A DNA stretch of 56,610 nucleotides, from contig JAZKFH010000009.1 of assembly GCA_040386535.1 (NCBI GenBank), positions 337,396-394,005 on the forward strand. Direction: 5' to 3'. Made by a program: the position numbers and the translations under genes. The first letter of the stretch is position 1; each line of letters starts with the position of its first letter. Shown here in pieces: positions 8,984 to 18,244 of this stretch. The notes under the pieces are model-generated. The model searched no databases and was not told the origin of the DNA. It worked only from the letters and a program-made list of their open reading frames with translations. This stretch comes from Myxococcota bacterium. GTDB taxonomy: Bacteria; Myxococcota_A; UBA796; SXON01.

Positions 8984-9682
8984 TTGGTACGACACGCGCT
9001 GCTGCTCCCCCTCCTCTCCGTCATCGGGTGCACCGACGGCGCCATCGAGCTCGGAGATACGGGCAAGAGCGGCGGGGACACCGACACGGACGCCGACACG
9101 GACACGGACACGGATACCGAGGTAGACCCCTCCTGGGCGACAGTCGAGTCGTGCCGCGCGGCCCACTCCGGAGGTTTCAACGATTGGATCGTCGCCGGGG
9201 GGCAGGCGTTCGTCGTGCATGGCAACAGCGACGAGGACGCCCAACTCGGGCGTGACACGTTGGAGAGCTACAGCGAGCTGCTCGCGGGCACCTTCGCCAG
9301 CTTCGAGCTGCGCGCCGCGGCCGACCTGACCGCGGAGGAGCGCACGGCCAGCCTGTTCGTCGTCGGGCACCCCGACACCCAGCCGTTGTTGGCCGAGATG
9401 GACGGGAGCCTGCCCGTGCGGTTCACGGACGAGGGGTTCGTGTTCGGCGGACAGCGCTGGGACGATCCGCAGGCCGGCCTCGCGCTCATCCACCCGAGCC
9501 CGTTCGCGACCGGCACGATGGTGCTGGTGTTCGCAGGCAACAGCTTCGAGGGCGCGTCCAACACCTTCACCGTGATGACCGGGCGCCACGACTACCACGT
9601 GGTGTCGGGCTCCGGCAGCCTCGCGGTGGAGGGCGAGCTGTGCACCGACACCACGCCGTGGTCGGTGGTGACGGCGGGCTGA
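8984..9682 (+). CDS. Hypothetical lipoprotein with Asp-Thr repeat linker
   Basis: LLSVIGC lipobox and GDTDTDADTDTDTDT linker. Start codon uncertain (TTG). Confidence 0.75.
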   Translation: MVRHALLLPLLSVIGCTDGAIELGDTGKSGGDTDTDADTDTDTDTEVDPSWATVESCRAAHSGGFNDWIVAGGQAFVVHGNSDEDAQLGRDTLESYSELLAGTFASFELRAAADLTAEERTASLFVVGHPDTQPLLAEMDGSLPVRFTDEGFVFGGQRWDDPQAGLALIHPSPFATGTMVLVFAGNSFEGASNTFTVMTGRHDYHVVSGSGSLAVEGELCTDTTPWSVVTAG

Positions 9683-9744
9683 AGCCGCGCCTCCGGGCGA
9701 GTTCTTGACGCCGGGTGCGTCGCGCGAAAAGCTACCATGCACCC

Positions 9745-10533
9745 ATGCTGTTCCTCCTCGTCTTCTCCGCCGCCGCCACAGACTGTTCCGTGGCTCCGGC
9801 AAGCATGGTCCCGAACGGCGGCACCGTCGACGTCCCCGTCGACGTCGTCATCTCCTGGGCCACCGATCAGGCCATCCAGGACCGGCCCCCGGTGCTCACG
9901 GACGCCGACGGCGGCATCGTCCCGATGACCGTGACCTGGGTGCCGAGCGCCGGAGGAGCGGTCTACGGGGACCTGACGCCGGAGGCGCCCCTGGCGCCGG
10001 GTGTCACCTACACCGTGACCGACCCGTGGGACACCTACACGTTCACCACCGGCGACATCGGCGAGAGCGGGGTTCCCGGGGTGCCCACCGTCGCGACCGT
10101 CGAGGCGGAGGCCGATAACGGCGGGGAGGGGACCTGCGAGGGATCCACACGCTGGGCGGAGCAGGAGCAGGTGTACGTCAGGCTCGGCGTCGAGACCGTG
10201 GTGGACGGATACGTCGAGGCGCGCGTGCAGGTCGACGGCGCCGCGCCCGTCTACGCGCGCGGCGGGCCCGCGGGTGTCAGCCTGGCGTGGGGTGCCTGTT
10301 ACACCGGCAACCTCCCCAACATGGACGACGCCCAATCTCTCACCGTCTCCGTACGAGCCGTGGCTTACGATGGTCAGGCGAGCGACTGGAGCGCCGAGCA
10401 GGCGGTCGCCGTGCCGTGGCCGGGCGTACCCGACTGCCAGGAGGCCGGGTGTGTCGCGGCGCCGGCGTCCCCGTGGGCGCTCGGCGTGATCGTGGCGATG
10501 GGGGCGATGGTGGGGCGGCGGCGGGAGGGGTAA
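9745..10533 (+). CDS. Secreted Ig-like protein with MYXO-CTERM-like C-terminal sorting signal
   Basis: N-terminal signal peptide. P.NGGTVDVP...PEAPLAPGVTYTV (Big_5/SbsA-like). C-terminal GC-spacer-hydrophobic helix-RRR. Confidence 0.75.
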   Translation: MLFLLVFSAAATDCSVAPASMVPNGGTVDVPVDVVISWATDQAIQDRPPVLTDADGGIVPMTVTWVPSAGGAVYGDLTPEAPLAPGVTYTVTDPWDTYTFTTGDIGESGVPGVPTVATVEAEADNGGEGTCEGSTRWAEQEQVYVRLGVETVVDGYVEARVQVDGAAPVYARGGPAGVSLAWGACYTGNLPNMDDAQSLTVSVRAVAYDGQASDWSAEQAVAVPWPGVPDCQEAGCVAAPASPWALGVIVAMGAMVGRRREG

Positions 10534-10548
10534 CTCGACCGCTGGCCC

Positions 10549-11472
10549 CTACACCCCCGCCAACCCCGCCACGATCTTCTCCGACTCCACCCACAACTTC
10601 CCCGCCAACGCGTCGTCGCGGCCGAGCGCGGACGAGGTCGCGACGTTGGAGTCCGCGAGGTACTCGCCGCGCAGCGCGGCGGCCGCAGGGTGCACGGCGG
10701 CCCAGGTCTGGGTGGCCGCGCCTTCGGGGATGGACTTGAGGAACAGCGGGGCGGTGGCGCCCATGATCGCCTTCATCCAGCCGGGCATATGGCGGCCCAG
10801 GTTGGTGGCGATGACGCCGGGGTGCGCCGAGTTGGCCGTCTGCCCCGCGGGGAGGCGCCGCGCGAGCTCGCGGGCGAACAGGAGGTTCGCGAGCTTGGCC
10901 TGCCCATAGGCGCGCCAGGCCGTGTAGCCGCGCGCGCCGGAGAGGTTGTCGAACTCGATGCCCCCGCTCGGCGCCCCGGCATGAGCAGCACTGGAGAGCA
11001 CGACCACGCGTCCGTCCGCCGCGAGCTGGTCGAGCAGCCCGGTCGTCAGCACGAAATGGCCGATGTGGTTGGTAAAGAACTGAAGCTCGTAGCCGTGCTT
11101 CTGCTCGAGCTTCGGCAGGGCCATGATGCCCGCGTTGCAGATGATGCCGGCCAGGGGCTCGCCCATGGCACGCACGGCGGTGACACACCCGCGCACGGAC
11201 GCGGGCTCCGAGAGCTCGCACGCCACGCCGATCGCGGTGGGGGACAGGGCGCGGGCCGTCTCGTCGGCCTTGGCCTGGGTGCGCGCGGCGCACAACACGG
11301 TGGCGCCTCGCAGGGCGAGCACCCGCGCGGTCTCGGCGCCGATGCCCGAATTGGATCCGGTCACGAGGTACCGTTGGCCGGAGAGATCGATGCCGTCGCT
11401 CACGTTCTCCGCGGTGGAGCCGTATCCGAACCCGCTCGCGCCCTTGCCGCGGAACAGCGCGCCGAACGACAT
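10549..11472 (-). CDS. Short-chain dehydrogenase/reductase (retinol dehydrogenase/WWOX-like subgroup)
   Basis: TGSNSGIG, CNAGIM, NHIGHF, YGQAKLAN (YxxxK) and HPGVIAT motifs. Confidence 0.9.
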   Translation of the reverse strand: MSFGALFRGKGASGFGYGSTAENVSDGIDLSGQRYLVTGSNSGIGAETARVLALRGATVLCAARTQAKADETARALSPTAIGVACELSEPASVRGCVTAVRAMGEPLAGIICNAGIMALPKLEQKHGYELQFFTNHIGHFVLTTGLLDQLAADGRVVVLSSAAHAGAPSGGIEFDNLSGARGYTAWRAYGQAKLANLLFARELARRLPAGQTANSAHPGVIATNLGRHMPGWMKAIMGATAPLFLKSIPEGAATQTWAAVHPAAAALRGEYLADSNVATSSALGRDDALAGKLWVESEKIVAGLAGV

Positions 11473-11984
11473 CAGATCGCCCGCAGGGGCATGGAGCCGA
11501 TGAAGTCGGTCTTGCCGACGTCCACGCCGTTGTGGCGCAGGATGGCGTAGGCGGTGGTGGCATGGAAATAGAAATTGGGGAGCGCCAGCTCGTTGAAGTA
11601 CTCGGTGCCGGTCATGACCATGCCGGGCGCGAACGAGAGCGTCACGGGGCGCGTGGCGGCGCCTTCGAACTCGGCCGGCGTCAGCGTCGCGAGGTAGGCG
11701 ATGACCGCCTGGATGCGCGCCTTGAGCTGGGGCACGGTGGTCTCGGTGTCCGGGTGGACGGGCGGCTGGTTGCCCGCGAGGCGCGCCCCGCCGAACTTGG
11801 CGGCGTCACACGCGGCTTGGATCTGGCGGGCGAGGGGGTACTGATCGGGCGCGAGGCGCGCGGTGAGGAGCGTGTCGACGTCGAACTTCCTGGCGGTGGC
11901 GTGCGCGGCCGCCTTGTCGAGCCAACGGTCCATACTTCCGAGCATCTTGGTGAGTTGGGGGACGGACGCGTTGTAGAGGGACAT
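11472..11984 (-). CDS. DUF1993 family protein
   Basis: RLAPDQYPLARQIQ and LPNFYFHATTAYAILRHNGVDVGKTDF motifs. Stop overlaps the SDR start. Confidence 0.85.
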   Translation of the reverse strand: MSLYNASVPQLTKMLGSMDRWLDKAAAHATARKFDVDTLLTARLAPDQYPLARQIQAACDAAKFGGARLAGNQPPVHPDTETTVPQLKARIQAVIAYLATLTPAEFEGAATRPVTLSFAPGMVMTGTEYFNELALPNFYFHATTAYAILRHNGVDVGKTDFIGSMPLRAI

Positions 11985-12056
11985 GCGGGACTCGTGGGAT
12001 GGCACGCGTCCTAACCGACGGCCGGCCCGGCGCCCCGATTCGACGCCGCGTCCGTT

Positions 12057-13274
12057 TCAGAGCCCGGTCGCGCCCCGCACCTTGTCGGGCCAGGCGGCGA
12101 TCGTGCCGAGGAGCCGCTCCCGCGCGGAGAGCACCTCGTCGGACGAGAAGGCCTTGCGCGGATCGTCGACCGTGGCCTGCTCGGAGAGGCGGAAAAGGGT
12201 CTCCGCGATGGACTCGACACCGAGGGATTCGTAGACGACGAGCACCGCGTCGGTGTGGAGGCGAAGCGCGTCCCCACACGCCGGGTCCTGGGCGCACCGC
12301 CACCCGAGGATGCCGTTGCCGTATTCGAACGTCCACAGATCGCTCCACGCCTCGTCCAGGCCCCAGGGGGTGAATTCGAGGCGCCCTCCGTCGGCGGGGT
12401 CGGCGTACACGAAAAAATCATTGTAGTGATACGGGTACCCGTCGTTCCAGCCCGTCGCCATCGCCCACGCCTTGAAGTCCAGGTACTGCTTCATGTCGAT
12501 CACGGTGGACGCGGGCGTGAGCAAGTCGATCGACCATCCGTCGAGGGCCTCCGCGGCGACCGTGAGGGTCGCGCGCTCGGGGTCGTCCCCGCTGTTCAGG
12601 TCGAAGGCGAGGATGCCCTCGGGCGTCAGGTCGGCGTGGTTGTTGGCCGCCCAGAGCGCGCCGCGGGGATCTTCGTAGCGGCGCTCGAGGTACTCGCCGT
12701 CCATCCCTTCGATGGCCGCGTAGAGCCCGTAATAGTCGTCGTTGACATACACCCGGGTGAGCGTCGCGCGCGGCACCGGCATGCCCCCCGCCCCCCACGC
12801 GAGCCACGCCACCACCTCGCGCCCCTGCGCCGGGTCCGTCAACATGTTGTTGAGCGCGAGGCGCTTGAGCGAAGCGTATTTCTGCCCGGGGACGAGCTCG
12901 TTGAACTTGACCCGGAACGCCGGCTTGCCGGAGAAGTGTTGGTAGGTGGTCGTCCCCTTGAGGTGGATGCCGACCTCGATCACGTTCCCGTCGTGCTCGA
13001 ACTGCGCCGGGACCCACGTGAGCCCGTCGGCATCGAGCGCCTCGATCGACTCGGGCGCGAGCGTCAGGCGGATGTCCTGGAGGACGGAGACGTCGAACAG
13101 CGTGTCGTAGTCCCCGAGGTCGGGTGGGGGCGGCTCCTCGACCGGCACGTCCGGCGGGTGCTCCGCTTCCGCGACCGGTGGAGGGGTACGGTCGGCGCCG
13201 GGCGCGACCTCCAGGGCGGGGGCGGGGCTGCAGCCCGGTGCCAGGGCGACGAGGGCGAGGACGCCAAGCGGCAT
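12057..13274 (-). CDS. CotH kinase family lipoprotein
   Basis: LAPGC lipobox. IHLKG...KPAFRVKF, LALNN, VYVN..YYGLY...E and PWGLD motifs. GGAGG SD. Confidence 0.8.
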   Translation of the reverse strand: MPLGVLALVALAPGCSPAPALEVAPGADRTPPPVAEAEHPPDVPVEEPPPPDLGDYDTLFDVSVLQDIRLTLAPESIEALDADGLTWVPAQFEHDGNVIEVGIHLKGTTTYQHFSGKPAFRVKFNELVPGQKYASLKRLALNNMLTDPAQGREVVAWLAWGAGGMPVPRATLTRVYVNDDYYGLYAAIEGMDGEYLERRYEDPRGALWAANNHADLTPEGILAFDLNSGDDPERATLTVAAEALDGWSIDLLTPASTVIDMKQYLDFKAWAMATGWNDGYPYHYNDFFVYADPADGGRLEFTPWGLDEAWSDLWTFEYGNGILGWRCAQDPACGDALRLHTDAVLVVYESLGVESIAETLFRLSEQATVDDPRKAFSSDEVLSARERLLGTIAAWPDKVRGATGL

Positions 13275-13373
13275 GTTGCCTCCACGGAGAGAGGCTCGAT
13301 CCCGAACGGGAGATGGCCAGCGTCGCTCGCGGTTGATGACACACCGTGTTCTCCAGCCCGGCCCCGACCAACT

Positions 13374-16300
13374 CTACTTCAGCACCGCCGCGAGGTCCGT
13401 GCCCCAGTCGCGCTCGATGGCCGCGCGGAGCTGCTCCGCCGGGGTGTCGAGCGTCGACATCGACCACACCCGGACGGTGTCGTCCCACCCGCCCGTCACG
13501 AGCCAACGTCCGTCGGCGGAGAAGGTGAGCTCGCCGACCCGCGCCTTGTGGCCGATGAGCCGCGCGATGGGCGATGCGCCCACGATGCGCCACACCTGCA
13601 CCTCTCCAGTGATGACCGCGACCGCGAACGTGGAGGCGTCGGGCGTCACGGCGAGGTCCATGCCGATCGTCCCGATGGGGTAGCGCTGGAGCTCCACCCC
13701 GTGCGCGTCGACCCGCACCACGTCCTTGTCCACGAGCAGCAGCGCGCCGTCGGGCAGCACGGCGACAGCCTGGGCCTGGGGCACCAGGGCGATACGCTCC
13801 AACGTGGGCGGATCCCCGTCGGTGATGCGCCACATCCCATCGTCCGTGTCGAGCCCGAGCGCCACCCGGCCGGCGGCGTCGCGCTCGAGCTCGCGCAGCT
13901 GGATGGGCGCGAGCGCGATGGGATCGGGCATCCCGGGCTTCCAGCCCCACACCGCGGGCAGGTAGGAGCCGGCCACCGCCCAGCCGCTCGCCAGGAACGT
14001 GACACGCCGGAGCCCGGCCGCGGGGAGCACGCCCAACAACGTCGGCACACCGTCGGGCCGCGGGAGCACGCGTTGGGGGCCCGGTGTCATCAACGCCGTG
14101 GCGAGCATCGCCCCAGTGCTGTCATAGGCCACGTCCTTCATCACCGCGTCCTGCCAGCGCCACTCGCCGGTGAGCCGCCCGTCCGCGAGCGCGTGCTCCC
14201 GCACGGCGCCGCTGCCGAGGCCCACCGCGACATGGGCTCCGTCGGGCGAGAGCGCGAGCCCGCTGACCCCCGCGCCGACGCTCACCCGGTGCGGGTTCCG
14301 GCTGACCGAGACCAGGCGGTCCTCTACGGTGGTGCTCACGATGCGGAGCACGGAGTCGCCGCCCGCGTCACCACCCGCGTCACCACCCGCGTCGCCACCG
14401 CGCACCCAGCGGACGATCGCGGCCGGCACCCGGAGCCCCCCGACCAGCAGCCCGCTCTCTCGCGCCCACACCCGCACGGTGCCGTCGTCGAAGGCGGCCG
14501 CGAGGAAGTGGTCGGCGATCGCGACGGAGCGGGCCATCTCGCTGCCGTCGTCGAGGCGCTGCACGAGGTGGCCGTCCCGATCGAACACCAGCAACGATCC
14601 ACGAACGGTGCCCACCACCACCTCGCCACGCGCGCCGACCGCCACGCTGAACGGCACGTCCCGGTCGCCCAGCGCGGTGAAGGGGGCCCCCACTTCGCCG
14701 GGCGCGCCACGCACGACGCGCCGATCGACGCACGTGGTGTAGACCGTGCCGTCGGCGGCGATGGCGGTCCCTTCGTTGGAGACGGCCACGCCGCAGGCGC
14801 TCCACCGCCAGACCCGGCCCGCCCGCGCATCGACGACCACGCTGGACGAACGCGTGACGAACGAGAGGCTCCCGGGCGCCGCGCTCTCCCCGAAGAGGGG
14901 GTTCCCGACGACGGGCCCGACGGTCCGCGGCAGCGCCGGCGGCTCCCAGATGTCGATCCGGCCGTCGCGCCCGACGAGCACGAGGCGCTCGTTCTCGCCC
15001 GCGAAGGCGCCGCGCCCCCACTCTCCGGCGGCGTGCGCCAGGATCTGGTCGGGCGCGTGCGCGGCGAACACGTCGACGCCGTCGGCGCGGACGCACAGCA
15101 CGTGCGAGCCGTCGGCGCTCAACGCGCGTGTCGCGCAGCCTGGCAGCGTCGATCGGCCCCGCAACGTGAGGCGCGGCCGGTCTCCGAACTGGGCGAGCAC
15201 GCCCCGTGCGGTCGGCAGTTCGCGCCGGACCAGGGCGTTCACGGCGAGCACCTCCGCGTCCATCGCGCGGTCTTCGCGGGCCGCGATCAGGGCCTGGGCG
15301 AGCAGCGCCTGGGCCAGGGCCCCCTCCTCGGCGCCGCGCGCCGCGATGGCGGCGGTCTCCGAGGCCTGGGCCCGGGCACGCTCCTGCTCCGTCCGCCACC
15401 ACCCGACCCCGACCGCCGTTGCCAGCATCAACGCCCCGGCGAGGCTGACCGCGATCGGCAGGCGCCAGCTCATCCACAGGCGGACGGCGAGCTCCCGGGA
15501 GGTGTAGCCGTAGGCCGCGACGCGCCGGCCCTCGAACCACGCGAGCAGGTCGTCCGCGAGCGCGCGGGCGCTGGGGTAGCGCGCCTCGCGGTCCGCTTGG
15601 AGCGCCCGATCGGTGATGGCGGCGAGCTCGGGGGGCACGTCGGGCGCCACGCTCCGGAGCGGGGGCGGGGCGTCAGAGGGCGGCTCGGGTGGGGGCTTCC
15701 CGGTCAGGATCGTGTACAGCGTCGCGCCCAGGCCGTACACGTCGGCGCGGCCGTCGACCGGCTCGCCGCGGGCCTGCTCCGGGCTGACGAAGCCGGGGGA
15801 GCCCCCGCCGCGCTCGTCCTGGGCGTCGATCAGGCAGGCCAACCCCCAGTCGGTCACGACGGTCTCGCCGAACACGCCGACCATGATGTTCGCGGGCTTC
15901 AGATCGCGGTGCACCACACCGCGTCCGTGTGCGTAGGCGATCGCCTCGGCGGCGACGAGCACGTGGCGGACCAACCGGAGGCGGGAGGTGGTGTCGGGCG
16001 CCGCGGCGATGGCCTTCCCCAGGGTGTGCCCGTGGAGCACGCGCATCGTGTAGTAGGGGGTCCCGTCGATGTCGCGGCCGGCGGCGTAGACCGGCACGAT
16101 GTTGGGGTGCTCGAGGCGGGCGGTCAGCGCGGCCTCGCGGGCGAGCCGGCGGGCGCCGTCGGGGTGCTCGGCGCTCGAGGTCTTCATCGCCACGTCCCGC
16201 CCCAGGCGGGGGTCCCGCGCGATGCGCACCTCGCCCATCCCGCCGCGGCCGAGGAGGCCGCCCACCTCGTACCGGGGCGCAGCGTCCGGCTGGCCGAGGC

Positions 16301-16391
16301 GGGCCTCGGGGTCGAGGGTGCCGGGCGCGGCCGGGAGCGCGCTCTGGGGCGGGACCGAGGCGGGGGCGGTGTGGGAGGGCACGTCGTCCAT
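13374..16391 (-). CDS. Hanks-type Ser/Thr protein kinase with TM segment and WD40 repeats
   Basis: LGRGGMGEV, VAMK, HRDLKPAN, DWGLA and SPEQ motifs, then a hydrophobic helix and GH..RV..LTFSADG..LVTGGWDDTVRVW. The start ATG overlaps the upstream stop (TGATG). Confidence 0.9.
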   Translation of the reverse strand: MDDVPSHTAPASVPPQSALPAAPGTLDPEARLGQPDAAPRYEVGGLLGRGGMGEVRIARDPRLGRDVAMKTSSAEHPDGARRLAREAALTARLEHPNIVPVYAAGRDIDGTPYYTMRVLHGHTLGKAIAAAPDTTSRLRLVRHVLVAAEAIAYAHGRGVVHRDLKPANIMVGVFGETVVTDWGLACLIDAQDERGGGSPGFVSPEQARGEPVDGRADVYGLGATLYTILTGKPPPEPPSDAPPPLRSVAPDVPPELAAITDRALQADREARYPSARALADDLLAWFEGRRVAAYGYTSRELAVRLWMSWRLPIAVSLAGALMLATAVGVGWWRTEQERARAQASETAAIAARGAEEGALAQALLAQALIAAREDRAMDAEVLAVNALVRRELPTARGVLAQFGDRPRLTLRGRSTLPGCATRALSADGSHVLCVRADGVDVFAAHAPDQILAHAAGEWGRGAFAGENERLVLVGRDGRIDIWEPPALPRTVGPVVGNPLFGESAAPGSLSFVTRSSSVVVDARAGRVWRWSACGVAVSNEGTAIAADGTVYTTCVDRRVVRGAPGEVGAPFTALGDRDVPFSVAVGARGEVVVGTVRGSLLVFDRDGHLVQRLDDGSEMARSVAIADHFLAAAFDDGTVRVWARESGLLVGGLRVPAAIVRWVRGGDAGGDAGGDAGGDSVLRIVSTTVEDRLVSVSRNPHRVSVGAGVSGLALSPDGAHVAVGLGSGAVREHALADGRLTGEWRWQDAVMKDVAYDSTGAMLATALMTPGPQRVLPRPDGVPTLLGVLPAAGLRRVTFLASGWAVAGSYLPAVWGWKPGMPDPIALAPIQLRELERDAAGRVALGLDTDDGMWRITDGDPPTLERIALVPQAQAVAVLPDGALLLVDKDVVRVDAHGVELQRYPIGTIGMDLAVTPDASTFAVAVITGEVQVWRIVGASPIARLIGHKARVGELTFSADGRWLVTGGWDDTVRVWSMSTLDTPAEQLRAAIERDWGTDLAAVLK
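14355..14401. repeat. In-frame 12-bp tandem repeat (~4 copies) encoding (GGDA)n
   Basis: gtcgccgcccgc gtcaccacccgc gtcaccacccgc gtcgccaccgc. Confidence 0.85.
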
Positions 16392-17290
16392 CAGGTGCAG
16401 TCCTCCACGCGGTCGTGGGGGTAGCGCAACAGCTCGATGGAACCCGCGCCGTCGGTGTGTACGAGCGACGCGCGGATGCCGACGGTGCGCAGGCGGCGGC
16501 GCACGCGCGAGATCAGCGTGTCGAGCCGGCTGCGTTGCACGGCCGGGCCCTCGTCGGGCCAGAGCTCCCCCGCGAGCGTGGCCCACGCGACGGGGCCCCC
16601 GAGCGCGACCAATTCGGAGACCAACCGCGCCTGCATGCCGGCGAGCACGACCGGCGCCTGCTGCTCGCGGTGGAGGTGGACCGTCTCGAACTGCGCGATG
16701 ATGTGCAGCGGCGCGTCGATCGCGCCGCCCCGCCGCGTGGTCTGCGGGCTCGCCGCGTGCAGCGGGATGTCCACGAACGTGACCACCGCCGCGCCGAGTG
16801 ACCACGTCGCGCCCGGGACCACCGGCTGCGGGGGCTCCCCCGGATAGCAGGCCATCCACCCTTCGCCCGTGGTCCAGACGCGGAGCGCGCTGTCGTCCCG
16901 CCACCCACGCACGACGCGTGGGGTGGGGTCGAGCACCACCGAGCACACGCCGGGCATCATCTGGCGCACCAACGACGGGCCTTCGATGCCGAGCACACTG
17001 TCGGGCAGGTTGACCGCCAGCACGCGGAGCGTCACCCCGCGGGCGAGCTCGATCTCGACTCCGGGGCGCAGCGACACGTGGTTCTGCGGGGTGCCGCCCA
17101 CCGCGAGGGCGCCGCGCAGCGGGATGAGCTGCAGCAGGCCCTCGCGGAGGCTCACCATCGCGTGGGCCTCGCTCACCCGCCCATCATCGAGCTGCAGCGC
17201 CGCGGTCCACAGCCGCCCGACCACGTCGCCGTGGACGAGGTCGTGTTCGTGACCGGCGGGATCGAGGAGCCGAACCGACGCGTGGAGCAT
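16391..17290 (-). CDS. FHA-domain protein with C-terminal winged-helix (OmpR-like) DNA-binding domain
   Basis: VGR...RVSEAHA matches the FHA GR/SxxH motif. C-terminal LAGELWP...RLDTLISRVRRRL resembles Trans_reg_C. Confidence 0.75.
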   Translation of the reverse strand: MLHASVRLLDPAGHEHDLVHGDVVGRLWTAALQLDDGRVSEAHAMVSLREGLLQLIPLRGALAVGGTPQNHVSLRPGVEIELARGVTLRVLAVNLPDSVLGIEGPSLVRQMMPGVCSVVLDPTPRVVRGWRDDSALRVWTTGEGWMACYPGEPPQPVVPGATWSLGAAVVTFVDIPLHAASPQTTRRGGAIDAPLHIIAQFETVHLHREQQAPVVLAGMQARLVSELVALGGPVAWATLAGELWPDEGPAVQRSRLDTLISRVRRRLRTVGIRASLVHTDGAGSIELLRYPHDRVEDCT

Positions 17291-17423
17291 CTTCGAAGAT
17301 AGCCCGGCGACCGCGGCCGACGACACAGGGCCCGGTGACAGAAGTCGGACAGGTTCACGGCCCCGGCCCGCTCCGCTATGTCGGAGGTGCCCGAACGCCG
17401 ACTCACCCAACGGAGCTTCTCCC

Positions 17424-18173
17424 ATGCTGGTCACCACCGCCCTCTCCTTGCTCGTCGCCCAAGCCTCAGCCGCCGCGGATCTTGCCACCAGCATCAGCGT
17501 GCCATCGGCCGCCGTCTACGCCAGCGGGCGCTACACGGTCACCATCTCCAGCGTCGGCAGCAGCAACGCCGGCGCATCGGCCGTCACCATCCAGCTACCG
17601 CTCACCCACACCACGCCGGTGGCGATCACGGGCACCGTCGGTGCCAAGAGCAGCACGTGCTCCCAATCCGGCTCGGTCATCACCTGTACGGTCGCGAGCC
17701 TCAAGCGCAACCGCTCGGCAAGCGTCTGGTTCGACATGACGCTCCCCGAGAACGTCGGCCCGCTCACGTTCACCGCCACGTCGGTCCTCTCCGGTGACAC
17801 GAACGCGAACAACGTCTCGACCGCCACCGCCTCCCTGAGCAACTACGCGCCGAGCTTCACCAGCGGCACCGTGTCCAACGATCACTGCACGGGGGTCAAC
17901 CTCACCTCCTACTACGAGTGCACGCTGTTCCCGAGCTCGATCGCGTCGTTCGACGCCGACCTCGCGGGCGACGGCACCGTGAGCATCCCCGAGGAGCCCG
18001 ACTGCGGCGGGACGTGGAGCCAGCCCACCTCTGAGAGCCTCGTCATCACGTACACGTGCGCCGGCGACGTGGCGGCGGAGTTCGAGGGCTACGGCGTGTC
18101 CGCGAGCTGCTGGGAGGGCATGACCACCTTCCCCGCGAGCACGTACATCTCGATGTACCGGGTGTGCAAGTAG
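17424..18173 (+). CDS. Secreted DUF11-like Ig-domain protein
   Basis: Signal peptide, ADLATS...YTVTISSVG...ITCTVASL...DTNANN motifs and a Cys-containing C-terminal domain. Confidence 0.75.
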   Translation: MLVTTALSLLVAQASAAADLATSISVPSAAVYASGRYTVTISSVGSSNAGASAVTIQLPLTHTTPVAITGTVGAKSSTCSQSGSVITCTVASLKRNRSASVWFDMTLPENVGPLTFTATSVLSGDTNANNVSTATASLSNYAPSFTSGTVSNDHCTGVNLTSYYECTLFPSSIASFDADLAGDGTVSIPEEPDCGGTWSQPTSESLVITYTCAGDVAAEFEGYGVSASCWEGMTTFPASTYISMYRVCK

Positions 18174-18244
18174 ACCGAATTCGGCCCGGATGAGCCTTCC
18201 GGTTCGAACGCTGGTGTGTACGTTGCCGGCCTCCTGGAGCGGCA

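Noticed and set aside
9077..9118. GACACG-type hexamer repeat as a contingency locus
   Set aside because: In-frame, degenerate Asp-Thr linker of a kind also seen in another lipoprotein here; not a phase-variation tract.
12255..16424. 1389-aa plus-strand ORF
   Set aside because: Antisense shadow of the CotH and kinase genes. Arg/Pro/Gly/His-rich with no motifs; long stop-free antisense frames are expected at this GC content.
13374..16946. Extended 1190-aa version of the kinase
   Set aside because: The extra N-terminus overlaps the FHA gene in another frame. ATG 16391 with a TGATG overlap is the better start.
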